This document shows, one piece after another, positions 16,337 through 24,000 of a stretch of DNA of 24,000 nt; position 1 is the first letter of the stretch; each line of letters starts with the position of its first letter. The notes beneath the pieces were generated by a model. It did not search any database. It was not told where the DNA came from and was given only the letters and a program-made list of their open reading frames with translations. Both the position numbers and the translations under genes were made by a program. The DNA is taken from positions 40,387-64,386 of the forward strand of contig CAWEOZ010000017.1 in assembly GCA_963810715.1 (NCBI GenBank), given 5' to 3'. This stretch comes from an uncultured Pseudomonadota bacterium. Its GTDB lineage: Bacteria > Pseudomonadota > Alphaproteobacteria > Acetobacterales > Acetobacteraceae.

Positions 16337-18958
16337 ATGAGCGAGACCCTGACCGAGACCAGTTCGCGCTACGACTTTCGCGCCGCGGAGCCGCGCTGGC
16401 AGGCTGCCTGGGCGAAGCGTGGATGCTTCCATGTTGCGGATGTGCCGGCCGACGGGAAGCCCAAGTATTACGTGCTGGAGATGTTTCCGTACCCCTCTGG
16501 CAAAATCCATATGGGACATGTCCGCAACTATACATTGGGCGACGTAGTCGCGCGCTATAAGCGGGCGCGCGGCTATTCCGTGCTGCACCCGATGGGGTGG
16601 GACGCATTCGGGCTGCCGGCCGAGAACGCCGCCCGCGAGCGGCGCATCCATCCGGCGAAATGGACATGGGAGAATATCGCAACCATGCGCGCGGAATTGC
16701 AGCGCATGGGGTTGTCGCTGGACTGGAGCCGCGAATTCGCGACGTGTGATCCGGGCTATTACGGGCATCAGCAGAAGCTGTTCCTGGATTTCCTGCGTGC
16801 CGGTCTGGTCGAGCAGAAGGAGAGCTGGGTCAACTGGGACCCGGTGGATGGCACAGTGCTGGCGAACGAACAGGTGATCGACGGACGCGGCTGGCGGTCT
16901 GGGGCGCCGGTGGAGAAGAAGCAACTCAGCCAGTGGTTTTTGCGCATCACCAAATACGCGCCGGAGCTGTTGTCGGCGCTGGATCGGCTGGACCGCTGGC
17001 CGGAACGGGTGCGGCTGATGCAAGAGCGGTGGATCGGCCGCAGCGAGGGCGCGCGAGTGCGGTTCGCGCTGGCCGAACCGGAGCCGGGCATTGCCGAGGT
17101 GGACGTTTATACGACGCGCCCGGACACGCTGTACGGCATGTCGTTCCTGGCGTTGGCGCCCGAGCATCCGCTGGCGGCGGCGATCGGTGCCCGCGATCCG
17201 GCTGCGGCGGCCTTCATCGCCGAATGCCGCCGCATGGGCACCAGCGAGGCAGTGATCGAAACCGCGGAGAAGCGGGGCTACGACACCGGACTGCGCGTGC
17301 GTCATCCGTTTACCGCTGACGCCGAGTTCCCCGTGTGGATCGCCAATTTCGTGCTGATGGAATACGGCACCGGCGCGATCTTCGGCTGCCCGGCGCATGA
17401 CCAGCGCGATCTTGATTTCGCGCGCAAGTATGGGTTGCGCGTGGTACCGGTGGTGCTGCCGCCGGGCGCCGATCGCGCCCGATACAATATTGCCGATGAG
17501 GCCTATGTGGGTCCGGGGAAAATCTTCAACTCGGAGTTCATGGACGGTCTGGATGTAGAGGCGGCGAAGCGTCGTGCGATTGAGGAGTTGGAGCGGCGTG
17601 GCCTCGGGCGGGGCGAAGTGAACTGGCGGCTGCGCGATTGGGGCGTTTCCCGGCAACGCTACTGGGGGTGCCCGATCCCGGTGATCCATTGCGCCGCGTG
17701 CGGCGTGGTGCCGGTGCCCGACGAGCAGCTTCCGGTGACGCTGCCGGACGACGTGACGTTCGACCGGCCCGGGCAACCCGCTGGACCATCATCCGACATG
17801 GAAACATGTCTCCTGTCCGGCTTGCGGCGCACCGGCGCGACGGGAGACCGACACATTCGATACGTTCGTCGATAGCGCGTGGTATTTCGCACGGTTCTGC
17901 AGCCCGCAGGCGAAGGAACCGGTGATGCGCGATGCGGTCGATCACTGGATGCCTGTCGATCAGTATATCGGCGGGATCGAGCATGCCATCCTGCACCTGC
18001 TGTATTCGCGCTTCTTCACACGTGCAATGAAAGACACCGGTCACGTCGGCATCGAGGAGCCGTTCGGCGGTCTGTTCACGCAGGGCATGGTTACTCATGA
18101 AAGCTATCGCTCCGCGTCCGGGTCGAATGGCATTTGGCTGTATCCGGAGGAAGTGATCCGCGCTGCCGGACGGCACCGCCGTGCACCGCGACAGCGGCGA
18201 GCCGGTGGTGGTCGGGCGCGTGGAGGCGATGAGCAAGTCGAAGCGCAACACGGTCGATCCGGAGGCGATCATCGCCCGCTACGGCGCCGACACGGCGCGC
18301 TGGTTCATCCTGTCGGACAATCCGCCGGAACGCGACATGGAGTGGACCGAGGCGGGCGTTGCCGGTGCATTCCGTTTCACCCAGCGCGTGTTTCGGCTGG
18401 CGGACGGGCTGGGCGGCACGTCGCCGGGCGACGATGCCCGACCGGTTCGGCGCGGCGGCGCGTGCGTTGCGGCGGAGCACCCATCGGACGATCGCCGCAG
18501 TGACCGAGGCGCTGGACGGATTCGCCTTCAATGTCGCCGTGGCGCGGCTGTATGAACTGGCCAATGCGATCGCCGAGGCCGAGCGCGCACCGGCCGAGCC
18601 GGGGCTCGCATGGGCGCGGCACGAGGCGGTGCGGATGTTGGCGCGGCTGGTCAGCCCGATGATGCCGCACCTGGCCGAGGAGGTGCATGCACGGCTCGAT
18701 CCCGACGGCGGGTTGGTGGCAGAGCTGCCCTGGCCGGACGCGGATCCGGCGCTGCTGGCCGCAGAGACGGTGACGATCGCGGTGCAGGTGATGGGGAAGC
18801 TGCGCGGCACGATCGAGATGCCGCCCGATTCGCCGCGCGATGCCAGCGTGGCGGCGGCGCGGGCGGAAACCAACGTGGCGCGGGTGCTGGCGGGCAAGCG
18901 GATCGTGAAGGAGATCTACGTGCCAAACCGCATCGTGAACTTCGTGACGGCCGGCTGA
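16337..18958 (+). pseudogene. leuS: Leucine--tRNA ligase, three +1 frame disruptions as sequenced (probably artefactual)
   Basis: The HIGH-type motif [15 protein letters not shown] lies in segment 1 and the KMSKS-type motif AMSKSKRN in segment 3. LeuS sequence is recognisable across all four segments: 16337 to about 17770, about 17775 to about 18160, 18163 to about 18425, and about 18428 to 18958. The conserved leuS-lptE-holA synteny is present. Confidence 0.95.
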
Positions 18959-19500
18959 TGCCGCTGGGTCGGCGTGCCCTGCTCGGTGGGTTGACGGTCT
19001 CGTTGGGCGGTTGCGGCTTTCAGCCGGTCTACATGCCGAGCGCCAGCGGCACGCCGGGCGTGGCTGAACGCGAACTGTCCACCATCTACGTCGCCCTGAT
19101 CCCGGACCGGCCGGGCCAGCTTTTGCGCCAGGCCTTGCAGCAGCGGTTCGAGGGTGCCGACGGCCCGGCGAAACCGCTCTATACGCTGAACGTGGCGTAC
19201 TGGATCAGCGGCGAGGGGATCGGCATCCAGGCGGATACCACGGTGACGCGCGTCCGGTTATTCGGCAACGCCAACTGGACGCTGGTCGGTCGGGACCCGG
19301 CGCAGACTCGTGTCACCAACGGGTTCGCCCGCGCCGAGGACGCGGTCAACATCATCGACGAGCAGTATTTCGCGGCCGACCTGCAGACCGAGGCCGCCTA
19401 TCAGTATCTCGCGCAAGCGATCGGCGAAGCAGATCAGCATCAGGTTGGCGATCTTTTTCCGACAGAAGGCGAGCGCTTGACGCGCCTGGTCGACGGGTGA
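18958..19500 (+). pseudogene. lptE: LPS-assembly lipoprotein LptE; C-terminal +1 frame disruption as sequenced (frame-corrected stop 19478-19480)
   Basis: ATG 18958 overlaps the leuS stop (CTGATG). The lipobox-like leader is MPLGRRALLGGLTVSLGGC/GF. Its position between leuS and holA fits LptE. The alternative frame from about 19423 reads AKQISIRLAIFFRQKASA-stop, a typical LptE C-terminus. Confidence 0.75.
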
Positions 19501-20515
19501 AGCTCGACGCGCGAAGCGTGCCGGGGTTTCTGCGCGATCCCGGTGCCTGCCGCGTGGTGCTGCTGTTCGGCGACGATGCGGGGCTGATCCGCGAACGCGC
19601 GGAGGCGCTGGTGCGCGTGGTGGCCGGCACGCTCGATGACCCGTTTCGCGTGGCCGAGCTAACATCGCGATGATTTGCGGCGGATCGCGGAAGAAGCCGC
19701 ATCGCTGTCGCTGACCGGTGGACGACGCGTGGTCCGCGTGCGCGATGCCGGCGAGGCGGCGCTGGGGCCGGTGCAGACAGTGCTGAAAGGCTCCGCGCCG
19801 GCACTGGTGGTGCTGGAAGCGGGCGGGCTGCCAAGCCGCTCGCGCCTGCGTTCGGCGGTAGAGGCAGCGCGCGGACGGGGTTGCGATCGGGTGTTACCCA
19901 GAGGAGGGGCGGACACTGGAAGCGACGGTCCGGACGGTGCTGACCGAGGCCGGGGTGACGGTGGGCTCGGAAGCGGTGGCATGGCTGGCCGGACAGCTCG
20001 GCGCGGACCGGGCAAGCACGCGGCGGGAGCTGGAAAAGCTGGCGCTCTATGCCGGGCCGGGTGGCCATGTCGACATGGAGGCGGCGGCGGCCTGCGTCGG
20101 GGATGTGGCCGGGCTTTCGCTGGATGACGCGCTGTTCGCGGCGACCGCCGGCGATGTCGGACTGACCGACCGGGCGTTGGAACTGGCGATGGCCGAGGGC
20201 GCGAGCCCGGTCGGCGTGCTGCGCGCCGGGCTGATGCACCTGCAGCGGCTGCATCGCGCCCGGCTGGCGGTGGATGGTGGGATGAGCGCGGCGGAGGCGG
20301 CGAAGGCGGCGCGTCCCCCGGTGTTCTTCCGGCGGGTCGGGGCTTTCACGCGGGCGCTGGGGCTGTGGTCGGCGCCGGCGATGATGGGAGCGATGGGAGG
20401 GTTGGCGGAGGCGGAGCGGGCCTGCAAGCGGACCGGTGCGCCGGACGATGTGATCTGTCGCAACACGGTGCTGGCGCTGGCGCGGCGGGCGCGGGCGGCT
20501 GGTCGCACAGGGTAG
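19497..20515 (+). pseudogene. holA: DNA polymerase III delta subunit, two +1 frame disruptions as sequenced
   Basis: GTG 19497 gives VKLDARSVPGFLRDPGACRVVLLFGDDAGLIRERAEALV. The sequence continues as LRRIAEEAASLSLTGGRRVVRVRDA in the next frame and as DGVAIGCYPEEGRTLEATVRTVLTEAGVTVGSEAVAWLAGQLGADRASTRRELEKLALY in the third. Synteny with leuS-lptE supports the call. Confidence 0.8.
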
Positions 20516-20600
20516 AGTCGCCGGAGGTGTGAGCTGCTTCATAGCGCGAGCGGCGACGCGCGGTTTCGCTGCGATTCGACCTGAAAGAGGAGCCAGGTCG

Positions 20601-20774
20601 ATGATGGAGAACGAGACTGCCGAACAATTGCGGGAGATGGTGCGAGCGGCCAAGGCATTGGGTGCACCGCCCGACCGGACGGTGTTGCTGTGTCGGCGGG
20701 AGGTGGATCCCGAGACAGGCCGCACGGTGCTGAGCTGGTGGGTGGAACCGAGCCAGAGGCCGACGACGGATTAG
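20601..20774 (+). CDS. Small hypothetical protein (57 aa)
   Basis: AGGAG (20588-20592) is followed by an 8-nt spacer and ATG 20601. About 79% of codons end in G/C by my count, as in neighbouring genes. I recognise no family. Confidence 0.35.
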   Translation: MMENETAEQLREMVRAAKALGAPPDRTVLLCRREVDPETGRTVLSWWVEPSQRPTTD

Positions 20775-20891
20775 CAGAACGGCGGGACATTGGCGTCGGG
20801 CGGCCATATCGCTATGCTGCCGCGCCCGTCTTGTCATGCGCGCGACAGCGGGCATCGAGGCGAAAAGCGCGGAATTCGAGGGTTTGACTGT

Positions 20892-20911
20892 ATTCCCGCT
20901 TTTGCGGGAAT
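20892..20911. repeat. REP-like hairpin ATTCCCGC-TTTT-GCGGGAAT
   Basis: A perfect 8-bp stem (20892-20899 / 20904-20911) in the convergent intergenic region between the small ORF and lpxA. It is bracketed by an 8-bp inverted repeat, TCGAGGGT 20876-20883 and ACCCTCGA 20954-20961. Confidence 0.45.
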
Positions 20912-20972
20912 GACAACCTGGGTCTGGTATCGTACCGAACGGCGTGGACATTGACCCTCGAGACGGGCGGGT

Positions 20973-21812
20973 CTATGCGTCGCCTGCCGCCGATGAGCGG
21001 ATCAGGCCGCGGTGGCTGGGTGCGTCGATGAAGTCGAGGACCTCGGCGACCAGCTTGTCGCCGCTCCAGCGCGCACGCACCTGGGCGAGCCGGTCGGCGA
21101 ACACTCCTTGAGGGCCGAACAGGCATTGGAAGGCGGCGCGCAAGGTCATGATCTGGTCCTTGTTGAAGCCGCGGCGCTTCAGCCCGATCACGTTCAGTCC
21201 TGCCAGCCGCGCGCGATTGCCGATCACGCTGCCGAACGGGATGACATCGGCTTCGACCCCGGACACGCCGCCGATCATCGCCGCGCGGCCGATCCGGACA
21301 TATTGATGGATGGCCGCCGATCCGCCGATCACCGCATGATCGGCGATGCTGACATGGCCGCCCATCACCACATTATTGGCAATGATGACATGCTGACCCA
21401 CCGTGCAGTCATGCGCCACATGCGCGACCGCCATCAGCATGCAATCGGCGCCGACGCGGGTAATTCCTTTACCGGTCACTGTACCGCGATGGATCGTGCA
21501 ATGCTCGCGGACATGTGTCCGCTCGCCGATTTCGCAACGGGTGGGCTCACCGCGGTATTTCAGGTCCTGCGGTTCCAGGCCGACGGTGCAGAACGGATAC
21601 AGCACTGCATCCCGTCCGATGCGGGTATGTCCATCAACGACGACATGCGAGACCAGGCGTACCCCGTCCTCGATCACAACATGCGGACCGATCGAACAAA
21701 ACGGGCCGATGCGGACGCCGCGACCGAGTTCCGCTCCATGCGCGACAACCGCGGTGGGGTGGATCGCTTCCTCAGCGGACGCGCGTTCAAGCCGTGCAGC
21801 TACCATGTCCAT
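20973..21812 (-). CDS. lpxA: Acyl-ACP--UDP-N-acetylglucosamine O-acyltransferase (LpxA), not in an lpxD-fabZ-lpxA-lpxB cluster
   Basis: An intact 279-aa ORF. It has hexapeptide-repeat left-handed beta-helix sequence (IHPTAVVAHGAELGRGVRIGPFCSIGPHVVIEDGV...QDLKYRGEPT...HVAHDCTVG) and the LpxA-specific C-terminal helical motif GLNVIGLKRRGFNKDQIMTLRAAFQCLF. Confidence 0.88.
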   Translation of the reverse strand: MDMVAARLERASAEEAIHPTAVVAHGAELGRGVRIGPFCSIGPHVVIEDGVRLVSHVVVDGHTRIGRDAVLYPFCTVGLEPQDLKYRGEPTRCEIGERTHVREHCTIHRGTVTGKGITRVGADCMLMAVAHVAHDCTVGQHVIIANNVVMGGHVSIADHAVIGGSAAIHQYVRIGRAAMIGGVSGVEADVIPFGSVIGNRARLAGLNVIGLKRRGFNKDQIMTLRAAFQCLFGPQGVFADRLAQVRARWSGDKLVAEVLDFIDAPSHRGLIRSSAAGDA

Positions 21813-22164
21813 GCAACGCGGGCCCCTTTGCGCGCTCTGCGATCTGATAGTGCAGGCTAGTGGCGCCGCCGAGGGCCGACCAACTCAATCATTGTTGCCG
21901 GATATTTCGCGCACTATCCGTAACTGGTTGTTTCACACTTGTTGCTTCCCCCGGCGTCGTGTGCGATGCGGGCAGGTTTTCGGGCGTGAAACGGAGGCAG
22001 AAATGGCATGGCACCCGTTCCGCTCAGACTGGACGCATAGTATAAAACGAAATCAGATACTGCTATCGAGCGGCCATGCGGGCCAGGAGAAACGCTCGCT
22101 GCCACCTTCGCCGATAATAGCGAACGGGGCCCAGAAGAACGGGTGGGCCAAATTAGCTTGTCCC

Positions 22165-24000
22165 TCAGTGGCGGACTGCAGCAGTGAAAGCTGCGAATTC
22201 GCGCAGGGCGGCGGCGACCCCGATGCCCGGATTATCCTTCATCCGCCCCAGCGTGTCCGCCACGAGATAAGCGGCCACTTTGTCGCTCACGTCCCAGTGG
22301 GTAACCATCAGACTGCGGGCGCCAGCAAAGAAGAACGCGCGCGCCAAGCCGGACAGGCTCTCGCCCGCCGTGGTGCCGCCAGGGCCACCGGAATTGCAGG
22401 CCGATAGAATGACCAGATTGGCATCCAGGTCCATCCCGACCACGTCGGTGGCGGTGAGCAGGGCGCCACGGGCATGCCGCACCCGGCGGGACGGAGGTGA
22501 CGATGGCTGGCTCGCTCTGGCAACGCAGTTCGGACGGCAGCAGCGCATGCGTGGCGAAATGCAGAATGCGGTAATTCTTGAGCGAGGTCTTCAGCACCGC
22601 CGGGGCGGTGAACGCGCGTCCCAGCAGCTCCTCCGACGGGCTGGCGCCCAGGATCTGGCGAGCAACATCCAGTTCCTTGGTGGCGAAGGGCAGGGCGGGC
22701 AGTTCGGCGAATAGTTGGGCGCTTTCGGCACAGGCGGGTCCAGGGAACAAGGCGCTGAGCCTGCGCCGCGTGGGGGGCACGAAATCACCGAATCCGAACC
22801 AGGGGCGCGTGGCCCGGGAATCCCCGGCGATCTTCCGCAGGCTGACGAAGTTGCTCGGCGCCGGCACATGGGCGATCGCGAGTTTTCGCATCAGCCACGG
22901 TGCGGCGGCCAGGTTGTCGGGTTGGGCTGGGCCGGTCAGCAGCACCTCGAACGGGATCGACAGCAGCGGACCGGACGGGGCGACCACCAGCGCCGTCTCG
23001 CCATCCAGCGCGGTGGCGCCGAAGCCGCCAAGGGTAGCGTCGTACAGCTCGCGCGCGGCGGCAATGTTGAAGGTGGGCAGGCCGGCGGCGGTGAGTTCGA
23101 TGCTCGCCCGAGTATCGTGCACGAGCTTCGCCATCCGCGGTATTCCACCGTCCACCTTGGCGATAGCGATGGTGTTGTCGCGCAACAGGAAGGCCCAGCC
23201 GTCCTTGTCGCCGAGCACGATCGAGACGAACGCCTCGTGCGGGTGCAGCGCCGCCAGCACCGCCGAGGCCGGCACGACCTGCTGGACAAGCTGGCCGTAA
23301 TTGGGCGAGGCGGCCTGCAACGCTGCGTCGGTCGAGGCCAGGGCGGCCTGCGCGGCGTCGATTTGCTTATCGATCTCGGCGGTGACTCCGGCCCAGGGGC
23401 GCTGCCGCCCGATGATCCGGGCGTCTGGGCTGCCGCAAGTTCGTCCCGCTGTCGGTAGAGGCTCTGCAAGTTTGCGTTGGCGTCTTCGCGGCTCTTGATT
23501 GCCGCAGCCACCTTCGGATCGCGAGCATTCTCCTGCAGCCGCGCGCTGGCCTGCGCGATCTGCTGACTGGTGATGCCCGCCTGCGCGAGTTGGGCCGCGA
23601 CGAACATTTCACCAAGCAGAACCTGCTTCTGGGCGGGCAGCTTGTTGGCGGAGGCGGCAAAAGCATCCAGGCACGGGCTTATCAGCGCTGGCACGACGCC
23701 AGCCTTCAGCGTGACCAGCGCTTTGGCGGCATTGCGACAGATCGGCAGGGCAGTATCGGTATCGCCCTCCTGGACGAGCTGCCGCGCGCGGAGCAGGTAG
23801 GTCTCTGCCAGCGGTTTGGAATCCGGCAGAGCTCGGCTGAACGCGGCGGTGGACTGTGACAGGTTGCTGAGCGCGAGGGACGGGTCCCCGGCAGCCTCGG
23901 CGGTGACGCCGGCAGTTCGGTAAAGTCGGGCTTGTACGATCGGGCGAGCCAGGCCGCTGCTCTGGGCTAGCTGATTGGCCGAAGCGAGCATCGCCTGGCT
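22165..24000 (-). pseudogene. TPR-CHAT (caspase-like protease) domain protein; N-terminus outside window; two frame disruptions as sequenced
   Basis: The frame is open to the window edge. An N-terminal helical, TPR-like region (LAETYLLRARQLVQEGDTDTALPICRNAAKAL) is followed by the CHAT core. The His motif is ILHFATHA (His codon 22547-22549) and the Cys motif is LVILSACNSG (Cys codon 22396-22398). The frame switches occur near 23419-23421 and 22480-22510. The stop is TGA 22165-22167. Confidence 0.75.

Noticed and set aside
16178-17776. A 532-aa minus-strand ORF opposite leuS
   Set aside because: It is a shadow ORF antisense to the leuS N-terminal segment.
19352-20725. A 457-aa minus-strand ORF opposite holA
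   Set aside because: It is a shadow ORF with Arg/Pro-rich low-complexity sequence. The plus strand carries recognisable HolA sequence in three frames.
21012-21860. A 282-aa plus-strand ORF opposite lpxA, and the longer 21403-22407 ORF
   Set aside because: Both are antisense to an intact LpxA. Only the portion from the SD-ATG at 22003 is kept as a low-confidence finding.
2922-23421. Programmed ribosomal frameshifting or transcriptional slippage as an explanation for the frame disruptions
   Set aside because: The junctions lack slippery heptamers and downstream structures. The runs are short G/C or T tracts (2-5 nt), not long poly-A/T. They occur in unrelated genes, including three in leuS. 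Assembly indel error is far more parsimonious.
1-24000. A window-wide scan for tRNA, rRNA, CRISPR arrays, integrases, restriction-modification systems, toxin-antitoxin pairs or known phage-defence genes
   Set aside because: I could recognise none by eye. There are no T-loop-like GGTTCGAATCC motifs, no regularly spaced repeats and no matching protein signatures in the ORF track. Absence cannot be proven without covariance-model and HMM searches.

Overview
This is a GC-rich chromosomal segment (roughly two-thirds G+C by eye). Gene content and synteny look alphaproteobacterial; Acetobacteraceae-like is only a low-confidence guess. Most of it is housekeeping: rpiA, map-radC, a CoA-transferase/enoyl-CoA hydratase pair, leuS-lptE-holA and lpxA. 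Envelope and accessory genes are interspersed: DedA, an Fsr-like MFS transporter, and SYLF, DUF1993 and DUF1194 proteins. I found no rRNA, tRNA, CRISPR array, restriction-modification system or toxin-antitoxin pair.

Four things deserve a second look.
1. A compact operon at 845-4954 encodes an OprB-type porin, a secreted NHL-type beta-propeller and a Tat-exported DyP (EfeB-like) peroxidase. It has a near-consensus sigma70 promoter overlapped by a 19-bp Fur-box-like palindrome and lacks efeU/efeO partners. This is my best candidate for an uncharacterised functional module.
2. An intact IS630-family element (DD34E transposase, 22/25 terminal inverted repeats, TA duplication) sits exactly on the DyP stop codon.
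3. A large TPR-CHAT (caspase-like) gene runs off the right edge. It lies next to an orphan lpxA and a 350-nt lower-GC spacer.
4. There are 12, possibly 13, single-nucleotide frame disruptions, mostly +1 and mostly at short homopolymers. They hit eight or nine genes, including the essential leuS (three times), holA (twice) and lptE. This most likely reflects consensus indel errors rather than biology and must be resolved before any pseudogene or novel-system claim.

Three REP-like GC-rich hairpins share a CCCGC-N4/5-GCGGG core. All functional calls come from my reading of the translated ORFs; no database search was possible.
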